A stretch of 64,000 bases of DNA, taken from assembly GCF_006345805.1 (NCBI RefSeq), contig NC_043005.1:4774001-4838000 (forward strand). The letters run 5' to 3'. This document shows, piece after piece, positions 1-13,611 of the stretch. Under the pieces are notes generated by a model. It had not been told where the DNA came from. It did no database searches and saw only the letters and a program-made list of their open reading frames with translations. Numbering within the stretch: position 1 is the first letter of the stretch; every line of letters begins with the position of its first letter. The position numbers and the translations under genes were made by a program. The DNA comes from Octopus sinensis. Taxonomy: Eukaryota.

Positions 1-1149
1 CAATTACAGCTATTCACCTACAGACCCTGAGTTCCCACTCTTAAAGCCACCAATAAGAACACAATATAGTCCTGAGACACACGTACACATCCATGCATGC
101 ACCTGATAAAAAAAAAAAAAAGCTGGTTTCATCTGAAAGAAACCAAAAAATATCTGTTCCATGTTGATATTCACAGATTTGTGATATGTCTTTGTTTTAC
201 TTGTTTTCAATCATTTGGACTGCGACCATGCTGGGGCACTGTCTCGATGGTACAGGAAAACAAAATCAACCCCAGGACTCATCTTTCATATCTGGTACTT
301 ACTGTACAATTTGCTTTTCTATTTTGGCCAAACTGTTAAGTTAGTGATGTAAACAAACCAACAGCAGTGGAGGTGGAAGTAGGGTCAAACGCACACACAA
401 TATAATCTGATGGTTTCCAAACAGTTTCACTCTACCAAATTTATTCAGGGGGTTTTGGTTAGTCTGAGATTATAGCAAAAGACATTTACCCAAGGTGCCA
501 TGCAGTGGGATTGAACCCCAGATCAGGTGGTTGGGAAGCAAACTTCTTAACCGCACACCCATGTTCTGTGCTTGTTATTCACAACGTTTACCTCCCTTTC
601 TTCACTAATTACTGCCTACATTCAAACAGTAAATAAGATAGGTTATGTAAGGTGACAGAAACTTCTGGAAAGGTGACTAAGTAAAGAATAATCCGAGTTG
701 TTTTAATGTCTGAAATATTTTCTGAATCCCAAAAGGAAAATTTCTTAAAATTAAACTTTAGCAAATACTGAAATTTAAGGAGATAAATGCAAAAAATACA
801 GTGATAAACGATTTGTAAATGAATCAATGAGTAGATTCCCTGACACCAAATTTGTAGCCCACAGCAACCAAATTGTCAGATTCAAGGGGGAGAGTCATGG
901 CGAAATTAGTTATTTTCAAATATCTGCCCTTGAGTCACTTTTGTAACAAAAGAAGTTATTTTACTAAATCCTTCCAAATTCTTGGTTATTTTCTAAGTTA
1001 TAAAATACAGGTACTGTCATATTTTATGTCCAGACCGTTAACTATGTACCTAATGTGTATCTTGACAGTTTTACAACTTTCAAGGGACCTGTGTTAGAAA
1101 TAACACAAATTTCCTTCAAATCACACCTTTTTTTTTTTTTTAAAAGTAA

Positions 1150-1895
1150 AGAAAGATGCTGGTATGGTCATATGTTATGTATGGATGTGGACAGCTGTGT
1201 GAGGAAGTGCCACTCCCTAACTGTGGAAGGAACCTTTGGAAGAAGTAGACCCAGGAAAACATGGGATGAGGTGGTGAAGCCTGACCTTCGAACATTGAGC
1301 CTCACAGAGGCAACGACAGGAGACTGAGACCTTTAGAGAAATGCTGTAACTGAGAGGACCCAGTAACTAAAGTGAGATTACAGCCATGGCCAGTGCCAGT
1401 GCAGCATGTCCGGCCCACTGAAGAGTAACCGAGTGATATGACATGCTTGAGAAAACCTGTTGAGTCAAGTAAGACCAAAATCATAGTTGTGGCCAGCGCC
1501 CCCTGACTGGCCCCCGTTCCGGTCGCATGTAAAATGCATTATCCAAACGTGGTCGAAGCCAGTGTCTGCTGACTGGCTCTCATGCCAGTGGCACATAAAA
1601 AGCACCACCCAAACGTGGCCAATGCCAGGACCCGCTGACTGGGTCCTGTGTCAGTGGCACATAAAAAGCACCATCCAAACGTAATCGATGCGAGGCCCAC
1701 CTGACTTGCTCCTGTATGGTGGCACGTAAAAAGTACCCACACTACACTCTAGGAGTGGTTGGCGTTAGGAAGGACATCCAGCTGTAGAAACATTACCAGA
1801 TCAGATTGGAGCCTGGTGCAGCTGCTGGCTCTCCAGACTGTTCAGTCAAACCATCCACCCATGCCAGCATGGAAAACAGATGTTGAACGATGATG
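1150..1895 (+). mobile_element. 3' end of an RTE-clade LINE: ORF C-terminus remnant, 3'UTR with ~60-bp tandem units and (GAT)n tail
   Basis: ORF 1055..1327 contains RCWYGHM..VEG..GRSRPRKTWDEVVKPDL (RTE C-terminal signature), followed by repeats with a ggcac(a/g)taaaaagcacc core and the tail ..ccatgccagcatggaaaac..gatgatga. Tail-only copies at about 4100-4515, 9340-9630, 18840-19110, 29400-29560, 39680-40000, 50875-51255 and 51991-52173. Confidence 0.8.
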
Positions 1896-2295
1896 AAAGA
1901 ATGTATAGCTGAAGACACATATCTGGAAAGGAAAGAGTCAGGGTGGTCATGGTTTGACATGTGTGTGTGTGTGTGTGTGTGTTGTCATCATTTAACATCT
2001 GTTTTCCATGCTAACAATAGGTTCGGCTGCAGATACCATACCAAAACAGACAATAGAGCCTGGCACAGCCCCCAACCATGCCACCTCCTGTCAAACCACC
2101 CAACCCTTACCAGCATGGAAAAACAGACATTAAATGCTGTGTGTGTGTGTATGTGTGTGAATATATGTGTATGAATTACAGGTCTCCTCAAGGAATCATT
2201 GCAAGTCTGATAGAATTAAAAGGAAAGAAGAACAGAAATAATATTTTTCATTGATAATGTTTTTTGTGGATACAGCAACAACAACAAATAATTAC

Positions 2296-2368
2296 CTTCC
2301 ACATCATAATCAACTTCCTCTGTCATCTTCATTAATTTTCGGTTATCAATTAAGAACTTTTGAGTATG
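2296..2368 (-). CDS. KIF2A: Kinesin-13 C-terminal exon: HTQKFLIDNRKLMKMTEEVDYDVE
   Basis: tttcag acceptor, gtaatt donor, 73 nt; MTEEVDYDV. Confidence 0.95.
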
Positions 2369-2514
2369 CTGAAAGAAAAATTGAAAAATGTTCTTTTGTT
2401 AAGAATCATTTAGTTATCAGTATTTTTGTTAATGATGTAGGGAGAGGAGAAAGCAGTGTCAATAACACACACACACACACACACATATATATGTCTTTGG
2501 TGTCGTAATTGTGC

Positions 2515-2601
2515 GCGGCTGAGGAAGGCTATTGACATACATGTTACATCAATTATGCATTGATATAAACTGTCCAATAAAGCCAGAAACATATGTACCG
2601 C
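2515..2601 (+). ncRNA. Type I hammerhead ribozyme motif with extended stem II
   Basis: Stem I GCGG/CCGC, CTGAGGA, stem II ggct-attg-aca/tgt-c-caat-aa-agcc, GAAA, palindromic CATATG, GUA triplet. Confidence 0.7.
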
Positions 2602-2631
2602 TAAATCCTTTGCATCCTCTTTTTCTTTCGA

Positions 2632-2695
<64 letters not shown>

Positions 2696-2779
2696 GAATT
2701 TACAAAAAAAAAAAGACAAAGACAGGTGTGTAAACAACAAAACAGATGTATTAGTTTAATGCTTGGGAAATGAGAAAGT

Positions 2780-2815
2780 CTTTTATATTTCGAGCCTATG
2801 CTCTTCGACAGAAAG
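2780..2815 (-). ncRNA. Hammerhead-like motif with variant core CUGUCGA
   Basis: Stem I CTTT/AAAG, CTGTCGA plus extra A, stem II GAGC/GCTC, GAAA, TATA; element flanked by (TA)n on both sides. Confidence 0.55.
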
Positions 2816-2853
2816 GAACACAGAAATAAACAGGGAGAGAAAATAGAAAAAGG

Positions 2854-2896
<43 letters not shown>

Positions 2897-4649
2897 GTAA
2901 TAATATACAGGTACTTGGACAAAAAAGTCAAGTCCTCAACTATTGTATTTCATTTTGTCCTTTTGAATTCAAAGTTTATCAGTCTCAACTTGCCTCACTT
3001 TAATAATAATAATAATGAAATTATTGTATACAGTGCTCAGGTGCACCACAACCTGTCAAAAGTGCGTATAAACCCTTTCTTCAGGGTCAGTCAAAATAAC
3101 AACCAGCAGTATTATACATTTGCTTATGCAGTTGAATTTTACTCTTTCCTTTTTTGACAACTGATCATGAAAAAGTTAAGATTTTATTATAGAAATATTG
3201 TTCTGCTTTTAAATTTGGCCAAAGCAAATTATACTTACATCCCATTAAAACATTTTATTGCATGGAGAAGAAGTTTGCTTTCCAACTGTGTGGTTATCTT
3301 GGCCAAATGTAACATGACTCCAAATCAACGAAAGCCTTTTAGTGAATTTGGTAAACAGAAACTAAACAAGCTTGTCATGCGTTTCTATACATGTGTGAAT
3401 GTTTTTGTCTTTGTCTTCACATCACACAATAGTTATATACATGGACGTAACTGAATCCCTTGTTTCCAGCCCAGCCAAGGTGAAATATCTTGCTTGGAAA
3501 CAGGTGAATGTTGGTGACAGGGAAGGAATCTGTAAAAAATCTGCCCTCAACAAATTTTCTCTGATTCATGTGAATATGGTAAAGTGGATGTTAAACAAAG
3601 GAGGTGTACACCTTTTAAAAACGAACAGATCAGGTCCAAACCTTGGACTCTGCATTTGCTCCTTGACATTCTGATTTTTAAAAAACCCCAAATAAATAGC
3701 CGTCTGTTTTAGCAAAGCTGAACTATTGTTTTGTTAAATCAAAACAGAGTTTATTATTTATTCAGTTCATTCAAATATGCATTCATCATGGCTTTTATGC
3801 CTTTACAATGGACCACTTACTCTGTTGGACATAAATTTCAACACTGCTAAAGTGATGTCAGTACAAAGGTAGGCAGATGCATACATAGATATGCAGGGTG
3901 GACTTTTATATAGAAGCCATCTGTCAAATTCAACTCATGGCATTGAACAGATCTTGGTCAGTTTAGAAGATACTTGCTTGAGGTACCACAAAGTGGGATT
4001 GAACCTAAACTACTGGCTTCAAAGCAAACTCAATCACATTGATGCTTATGCTTTTTTATTGGTATATATAACTTCATTTATATTTCCGTGTGGCCCTGTT
4101 AAGAATACCCTGACGTGTCGGGCGATATGATATGCTTGAGAAGACCTGTTGAGTCAAGTAAAACCAATATCGTAGTTCTGATGCCAGTTCCCCCTGACTG
4201 GCTCCTGTGCCAGTGGCACGTAAAAAGCACCATCCAAACGTGGTCAATGACAGGTCTGCCTGACTGGTTCCCGTGCCAGTGGCACATAAAAAAAGCACCA
4301 TCAGAATGTGGTCGATGCCAGGCCGCCTGAATGGCTCCTGTACCAGTGGCACATAAAAAGCAACCACTACACTCTCGGAGTGGTTGGCATTAGGAAGGGC
4401 ATCCAGATGTAGAAACATTGCCAGGTCAGATTGGAGCCTGGTGCAGCCTCCTGGCTTGCCAGTCCTCAGTCAAACTGTCCAACCCATACCAGCATGGAAA
4501 ACGGACGTTAAACAATACATAAAAAACACAAATATATGAATAAACACATACATATATATATACACACACACACATTTATGTATATGGTAAATGCACATAC
4601 AAGTTGTATTATTGCAGTGGAGTTCTGCTGCTCTTTCAACAATACTCAC

Positions 4650-4748
4650 ATCAAAAACATTTTTCTGTTCATCAAGAAGTTCCTCTTCCATATCTTGCAT
4701 GTGGTTAATAACTTCATGGAATGTCAACAATTCATCTGTCACCTCATC
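4650..4748 (-). CDS. KIF2A: Kinesin-13 C-terminal exon: DEVTDELLTFHEVINHMQDMEEELLDEQKNVFD
   Basis: tgacag acceptor, gtgagt donor, 99 nt; resembles KIF2A LFTFHEAVSQMVEMEEQ. Confidence 0.95.
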
Positions 4749-5344
4749 CTGTCACAAATAATAATAATAATGATAGCCTGGATTTGAAGTAGGTCCTAGA
4801 GACATGCTTTAACAAAAACTAAGTGGTGCCTCACTCCCAGTGGTCATCCAGCATGCTGGACTCCAACCTGGAATTCTGAGGGCCTGTGCTATAGAAGCAA
4901 TAGCTCCCAATAAGAAATGACCTAGACTGTAATGACCCATGCAACCCATGACAGCACAGAAAGCAGACACAAAATGATGATGAAAACGGGGGAAAAAACC
5001 CAAGTCCTTCATCCTTTTTTTTTCTTTATGTTTGTTCTTAACAATGTATGTTAAAAGCTTAAGGTGTGTTAGCCAAAGTTGATTTACTCTTTTCAATCAA
5101 CAAAATTTCAAGTAATTTTGAAAATAATGAAACCCGTCGATATTAAAATTGGTGTTTAGAATATCAATTATGAAAAAGGTTTTAATTTAGATCCCTTTAT
5201 GACAGGAAGTTTGTATCATAGAATCAGGGCTGCTCTCAGGCTTGTTGGTATCCAAAGAAATAATATTTGAAAAAAAAAAAGATGTGTTTATGATATTTGA
5301 GAGAATTGACAAAATTCATATTCTATCTGAGCCATACAACTTAC

Positions 5345-5471
5345 ATTTGAGGTTTTTAATAAAGCTAAATCACTGTTCTGTGGAGACATCGTTCCAATAT
5401 GAGTCGGGGTTTCAACTATTTCCAACGTTTTCGTACCTTCAGAACCTCCTCCAGGACCAAGTTCTTTTACT
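5345..5471 (-). CDS. KIF2A: Kinesin-13 exon: VKELGPGGGSEGTKTLEIVETPTHIGTMSPQNSDLALLKTSN
   Basis: tcttag acceptor, gtaagt donor, 127 nt; lies inside ORF 5288..5524. Confidence 0.94.
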
Positions 5472-7276
5472 CTAAGAAAGAGGGGGAAAAAAAAAGCCAG
5501 AATCAATAATAATAATAATGACAATAATCAACTGAAAATGTAACATTTAAATTTAACCAATTTGAAAAATATCGAAGGATATCAATGATATCCCATGCCA
5601 ATGGTACATACAAAAGCACCGGTGCTGGTGCCATATAAAGGGCACCTGTGACAGAACCACGCTAAAAAGCACCCTGTACAAAGTGGTTGGCATTAGGAAA
5701 GGCATCCAGCCACAGAAAGCATGCCAAAATAGAGACAGCGTGTACACAGTTGCTTAACCTGCTAAAATTAGCTACCAAACCTCCCTAAAAATCACACCCC
5801 AATGATTTAATATGAGAAATACACTAGATAATGTAATTTCCCAGAAAACAAACCCCCAAAAGTTTGATCATAGCATGGAATGACTGCTGTAACAGGACAT
5901 TCTTAGCACTAAACAAGATCTGTCTGAAGAGCCACACTACTTGATGTTACCATATTCTGAATATCACTATAATCTCTCCTCCAGTCTGATCATTAGTGCA
6001 CACTTTTTTTTTTTTTTTAATGATGAAAATCGTGCAATTGGTGCCATGGAAGACTACTGCTTGTTTCATGGTTGAGTGGTCAGCAGCTAAACTGCCTCCC
6101 CCATCCCTCACTTGGCTTGCTGGGTGACAAGGGGATTATGAATGCTCTGCAGGACTAAAAACAAGACCTGTCAAAGGATCGGTGGAATTCAACTGACCCA
6201 ACGGTCACCCACATGAGGAGTGGCATCTTGTAAAAACATCCTGCACACAGGTTGGCTGGTCCAAGACCATAGCCACAAAACCTCTAATGAAAGACATACT
6301 TATTTCTTTATTGCCCACAGGGGGCTAAACATAGAAGGAACAAACAAGGACAGACAAAGGGATTAAGTCGATTACATTGACCCCCCCCCCATCCTAGTGC
6401 ATAACTAGTACTTATTTGATCGACCCTGAAAGGATGAAAGGCAAAGTTGACCTCAGTGGAATTTGAACTCAGAGCATAACGGCAGACAAAATACCGCTAA
6501 GCATTTTGCCCGGTGTGCTAACACTTCTGCTCTCAGATGGCATTGACATCCCATGAGTGATGTGGTACAGAGTGATGAGGTGGTGAAAATAACTTGCTCT
6601 GATACCCGCAGATAGTGACAATACAGTCCTTAGTTAATACACAGTTGATCTGAGACAGGAGACCAGTGAGTTGAGTAACAGAGGTCTGCTCCACCGAAGC
6701 AGACTTAAGTCTGCATAATTCCAAAGCAAAAGCTAAATAAATGGAAACAGAATTCTCATTGGTAGATTCTCAAGATAAAAATATTAATTTGGCCAAGCAT
6801 AGTATATGGGTCGACATTTGTGGTTTCAGGATCAGCCCCACTACATGACACCTTGGGCAAGTGTCTTCTATTATATCTAACCAAAGCATTTTGAGTGGAT
6901 TTGAAAGACAGAAACAAAAAAAAGCAAGTGGAAGTGTGTGTGCACACGTGCATGCTCTGTGCCTTCAAGTGATGGTTGTAAATGATTGTCAATGTCATAC
7001 AAGCAATGTTGTTCATTTCTTGTCTTCTATATCTGGCCAAAGGGAAGTATTGCTTGGAAACATGATGGGGGAAGGGTCTCTGGCCATAGAAAATCTGCTT
7101 CAAGGAATTTGTCTGATCCATGCAAACATAGAAAAGCGGATGTTAAAACCATGATTGTGTGTGTGTGTGTGTAATGTAAACATATGAAATGGATGTTACA
7201 TTAAAAAATACACTGAAACACAAAACAATGAAAAACTAACAACATCCATGTAATATATACACATATATATACATAC

Positions 7277-7344
7277 CTATCAGCATAGCGTAAAGTGTTT
7301 AATGTATGTTCACAGCAATTCATACCAGGTGAAATCATGGCAAT
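7277..7344 (-). CDS. KIF2A: Kinesin-13 motor-end exon: [22 protein letters not shown](R)
   Basis: tttcag acceptor, gtatgt donor, 68 nt; TLNTLRYA. Confidence 0.97.
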
Positions 7345-7698
7345 CTGAAACAAATTTACAAACAAATCTTGATTGCAAGGTACAAAGGATTAGAGATGAA
7401 ATCAGATATACTGTATTGGCTCAAATTGTATTTGCATAGAAGTCAGACTCCCAGAGTTTGTATGGCGGCAAAGCTGGGACAAGATTTGATAACCTCATGA
7501 ACAAGCCACATCTCTTAGATTTTGAAACAAAGTTTCAAAGTTATGCAGAGAAAGTGCGACAAATACACAGGTAAATATACAGTGTGTGTGTGAATGAGTA
7601 ATTAAAGTGGTGAAAAACTACCATTATGTTATGGTGATTGGTTAAAGAGATGATCAAAACTGCAGAACAAGACAATCAGTTGTATCACAATCCAATAA

Positions 7699-8234
7699 CT
7701 TTACTTGTACTTGTGACGGCGTTCACCCAGGGTGGGTTGAGCCAGCTTTTCTCTGGTCCTGATGGCATCACAAACCATGGTGGCCCACGCTCGATGGGCC
7801 TGTGCAAGGTCACTGGAGATAGCAAGCCATTCGCGGTTCCATCTGCGCAGACCAACCACCTGCGGACCTGATAGTTTGGGGAGGTCCTCCTTTATCGTCG
7901 TTGCCCAGGTCTTCGGCTGCCCGTCCGTGGATTTGCGCCAGCTGGGAAGTGGAGGTGGGAGGAGGACATCGCGAATCCTCTCACCCTCTGGACGCCGGGC
8001 TGCATGACCGGACCACCTTAAGCGCCGTTGTAGAAGCACCGAAGGGAGGGGCCGGATATTCAGGCGATGACGAAGACCGGCTGTAGGAACCCGATCAATG
8101 CGTTGGCAGCGAAGAATACGGCGGAGACAGTCATTGTGGCACACCTCCATCCCTCGCTGATCCGACTGCCCTCATAGGCCATGTTTCACAACCATAGAGG
8201 AGGATAGTACGAACGACGGCCTGGTAGATTTTAG
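7699..8234 (-). mobile_element. 5'-truncated RTE-clade LINE of a second family, with 9-bp target-site duplication
   Basis: Translates IYQAVVRTILLYGCETW, then after a frameshift LLQRRLRWSGHAARRPEGE..PKTWATTIKEDL; caagta-repeat tail; atccaataa at 7690-7698 and 8235-8243. Confidence 0.88.
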
Positions 8235-8581
8235 ATCCAATAAGATGGCACATACAATTCTTAACCGGACTGGTTATATTTCAACTTACTCAGATCTGTT
8301 GTTGGCAGGTATGTCCAACCTTATTAACCTTACTCATCCATCAGTAATACAGAAGAGGATGGAATTATTTACAAATGTCGTCAAATGCCGAGATGAACAC
8401 TAATGTTGTGGCATAAATTGGACAATAGAATAGAAAGAGGAAGAGTAAATACTGTACAATTCTTGGCAGAGCAATTCGTATAAATCTTTGGTTCAACTGC
8501 ACTGAATACCCCCGTGACAGTATTAGATAATGTAAAATGTAGCGGAAGAGAAACACAGTATGTTATCTTGTGGCTGTATCA

Positions 8582-8758
<177 letters not shown>

Positions 8759-10525
8759 TCAATACATGCCTACGCACACGCACACAATTTATACACACAT
8801 ACATCAGAATGTATGACACAATTTTCACAGATAATAAAACCAAACACTAAAACAGACCTTACTTTGAAATTGTTAATTTGAAATACTGATTATACAGAAA
8901 TTTTAATTACAATTATTATAATTATTTATTTGCGTTTATATAGTTTCCTGTTCTAACATGAATTTTCACATCTTCATAAATCGTTTTGCCCCTTCGTAAT
9001 TCCTTGTCTTGCAAGTTACTTGGTTACTCTGCCAGTGCCGGTGCCACATAAAAAGCACCCACTCCACACTGCAATGTGGTTGGCATTTGGAAGGGCATCC
9101 AGCTGTAGAAATCATGCCAAAAGTAACCTCACCTGTGCTAGTGCCACATAAAAAGCACTGAGTCCACTCTGCAGAGTGGTTGGTGTCAGCAAGGGCATCC
9201 AGCCATAGAATCCTTGCTAACACAGGCACAGTAGCCTAGAGTAGTTTTTCTATCTGGTCAGTTCCTGTCAACCGTCCTACCCATGCTTGCACGGAAGATG
9301 GACATTAAACGATGATGATCCCAAACATTAACGTACTAAGTCCTCATCATCATCATCGTTTAATGTCCGTTTTCCATGCTGGTAGAGGTTGGACAGTCTG
9401 ATTGAGGATTGGCAAGGTTTCTACAGCTGGATGCCCTTCCTAATGCCAACCACTCCGAGTGGATGTTTTTTATGTGCCACCCACACGGGAGCCAGTCCGG
9501 TGGCACTGGCACCAGCCACATCTGGATGGTGCTTTTTATGAGCTACCAGCACCAGAACCAGACAGTGGGGCTGGCATTGACCATGTTCAGATGGTACTTG
9601 TTATGTGCCACTCGCACGGGGAGCCAATCAGGCAGCACTGGTTTCAAATTTTGGCACAAGGCCAGCAATTTAAGGGGAGGGGATAAATCGATTGCAATGA
9701 CCCTGGTACTCAACTGGTACTTATTCTATCGACTCTGAAAAGATGAGAGGCAAAGTTGACCTCGGCAGAATTTGAACTCAGAACGTAAAGACAAATGAAA
9801 TGCCACCAAGCATTTTGCCAAGCGTGCAATTGATTCTGCCAGTTTGCCTAAATACTGAAGTGTTTTAAGTAGAGGGTACACTCTAATCCTGTCGTAGATA
9901 ATCTCATAAATGTCAGTAGCTCAATAAAATTGCACCTGGCCCATGATGCAAGTGGTTGGTGATAGGCTGAATGTCTACCCTGATGTAAAAACTACAGCAT
10001 ACGTAAGGACACACATGACTGGTTTTCTCTCTTGCAGTGTCTGCTAGATGACAAAAGGTCTTGGTGGGATGCTGTCTCCTCCAACCCATGGAAAAACAAA
10101 GGATAAAGATGATAATGCTACATGCTTGTCTATCTATACCTGTACAGGTGCAGCTCTGTGCATCAGAAGTTAGCATTGCCAGTCAATAAACAAATCAATG
10201 AAACAAGTACTAGATTCAAGTAAATACTGAGGGTGATAGGATTAAAGGAGGGGGTCTCTAGGGGGGAGAAACCAATAAGGGAAAATATCGACTTACTAAA
10301 CATAAATCCATTGTTGTTATTATTAGTAAATACGTTAATACACAGCAACAACAACAACAAGCACTGTAGAAAAAGAATGTAAAGTTACCTTCAATGCTAA
10401 CATCAACTTAGGATGATATGTCTAAAACCCTTAAAGGGTTACCCTAGCATGGCCACAATTCAGTACGTACTAATGTAAATCCATTATTATCATTATTAGG
10501 AATGTCTATAATAGAGAGCAGCCTA

Positions 10526-10666
<141 letters not shown>

Positions 10667-12190
10667 TTAAAACACAAGTATTAATTACAGTGTCAACATT
10701 CAGCTGTTCAGACAGTTTCTAAGAAAATATGAAATTCGATGCAGCTCAGAATCACTTGTATGATGGGGACAATCATTTATAATGGTTAAGAGAGATGGGA
10801 AGATAAGGGGACACAAACACACACACACACACACACACGTGACAGTCTTCTTTCAGTTTCCATCTACCAAATCCACTTGCAAGCTTTTGAGAAGACACTT
10901 GCCCAAGGTGCCATGGAGTGGGACTGAACCCAAAACCATGAGGTTGAAAAACCATCCAGCCATGTCTGTGTCTAGTATACAAACTAAATATCTATATTTT
11001 CTGACACAACACCATTTATAAAATTAAGCTTATTGTGTTTTTCCCACAATTCTATGCAATATTTATTCTGTTTCTTACAAGTTCAAAGACTTTGTTTTTC
11101 ATGTTTTTGGGGTTGATAAAAAAACGTACCAGGGAAGTGCCAGAAACGATGGAATCAACAAAATACGTCACCTCAAAATTTTTGACTTTGTGTCAAAATT
11201 AAAAACCAGTATTCATAATATATTTGATAAATGTTCAATGTACATTCCAGAATATAATGCCATCTTTAATGCCTTAAAAACAATGCTGCCAATATTTGTA
11301 TTTGTTCTGTAGGCTAAGTTTTAATCTTTAACAGATTATCACCATGTTTGTATGAAGGGGACAGCATATTTAGCTGTATAGTATCACCATCATCATCTAC
11401 AAATCCCCGATAAGGTCCCAAAACAGCTGAAGTGAGTCACCAGGTCCCATTCGTCCCCCAATTCTTGATTCAATGCTGGGACTATTTCACTTCAATCCTT
11501 TAGCATTGAAACTGGCCCAAATATTCTTACTCTTAAATTCAAGCCAGATCCAGCCTATTACACCTATCCTACAATGTCGTTGTAAAAGTAAATAATCACA
11601 TCTTTGAAATCTCAAAACTATGAGATAATGCATGATCAATTCAAAAAATTTGAATAAACTGAATGCTAAAGGGTTAAAACATTTGTATAAATTCCCTTTT
11701 ACACAAACCAACAATGGGGCCTTTGCATGGCCACTCAACCTGTGAAAAATATCAAATCACCATCAAAGCACACATTACTGCTTTAAAGAACGCATTAAAT
11801 AACATAGTCCTAGGTACATTGTGTACAAAGGAAAGACAGGCTGACTTTTGATCATAGGTGTGTTTGATCTGAACTGACCGGGGATTAAATAACTTCCTTT
11901 TCTTTTTATCATCAAAAGTTTTATTTCTAAAACCTATCAGCCCCAGACACTAGAACTTTGGTTAACAATCAAGAGAAATCATAGTTATAAAACATCAAGC
12001 TGAGTGTTTACAGCTGTTCCAGTGACACAAAAGGTTACGGAACATTCTAAAATAACTAAGATAACATTCACACACACACACAAACCAAAATGGAAAATTA
12101 ATTTGGATATGTAGACGACTGAGAACTAGATGTTAATTTTGTATCTTCCAAATTCCTAAAGAGATCAGGTTTAAAAAAACTGTCACATAC

Positions 12191-12234
12191 CTGCTAAATC
12201 AATTAATGAAAATTTCCCATAAACTTCTTTAGAT
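12191..12234 (-). CDS. KIF2A: Kinesin-13 exon: SKEVYGKFSLIDLA(G)
   Basis: ctccag acceptor, gtatgt donor, 44 nt; start of switch II DLAG. Confidence 0.96.
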
Positions 12235-13485
12235 CTGGAGAAAATAAAAACAAAATAAAGATATATTTGGTGCATTTGGCATTTGTAAATGGAGGAGAAA
12301 CACAAATGGAACAGAGATAATGAAAGAGCCAAAACACAATAAGTGAATTTCTAATGAAATATAATTATTTCGTACAGAGAAAAACAACCTGTTTTAAATC
12401 CCTTAGCGAGAGATATACAGTAACAAAGTTTTCTTGCCAACAGAATGGGGCAATCATATAGTAACAGCAACATCATCCTTTACAGGTCCACCACATTCTG
12501 TTGGCAAATAAACTTTACCACAATTATTTCAATTCATTTCAAAAACAATCATAAACTTGGACAGATTTCTTAAAAGAACAAACGTTATTAATTTTAAGTT
12601 GGTGTTTAGAACATAAAAGTTTCTTTCACAAAATTATGACTGATGGCTTTAATTAAAATTGTAACATTCAATTAAATAAGCAAAATTTACAACAAAAAAA
12701 GAAAAGTAGTCACAGAAGAGTTGATATTAAAATAAGTGAGTCCAATTAGTATCTCGTTATTTTAACGTCCACATTCTATGTTTGCCTGGGTCATTCAGAC
12801 CTCTACAGCTGAATGTAGTTCCTGTTGCCAATCCTCACTCGTTTCCAAGCAAGATAATATTCCTCATGACCAGACATGTATTCATGGAAAATAGGAAACA
12901 ATGACACTGCTAGGGGTTAAGGCATACACTCAGGGACAAGAGGATGATCAGAACATTGATGTTGATAAACTCTACAAACATGTTGAATGTAAAATATATG
13001 TTTGAATTGTCACAAATCAAAGAACGGTAGAGAACTTGAAAAGCTTTCGTTGCAGATATTCTTAATGCATCAACCACAGCCATCGTCACCATTCAAACAT
13101 CTATTTTCCATACTTGCATGTTGTGGAAGTGTTTTCTGCTACTGGATGCCTTCCCTGTCACCAACCATCACCTGTTTCCAAACAAGATAATATTTTCTCG
13201 TGGCTGGATAAGATTGGAAACAAAAGACTGCTAGTGTGGTGGTTAGACTTGTTTACAACTATCACACAATGCAAAGGTGCCATGCAGTGGGACTGAACCC
13301 AAACCACAGGGTTGGGAGGTAAACTTCTTAACCCCACAGCCATGTCGGTACCCATTTCTATGGCTTTAATAATCACAGAAACATTTTATTTGGTAATATA
13401 AAAATGTAAAATAAAATAATTTGATTTCTTTAGAGACAAAATATTAGCAGGTAACGGCATTTGAATTTGTAAAAGATTGAGTTTA

Positions 13486-13611
<126 letters not shown>

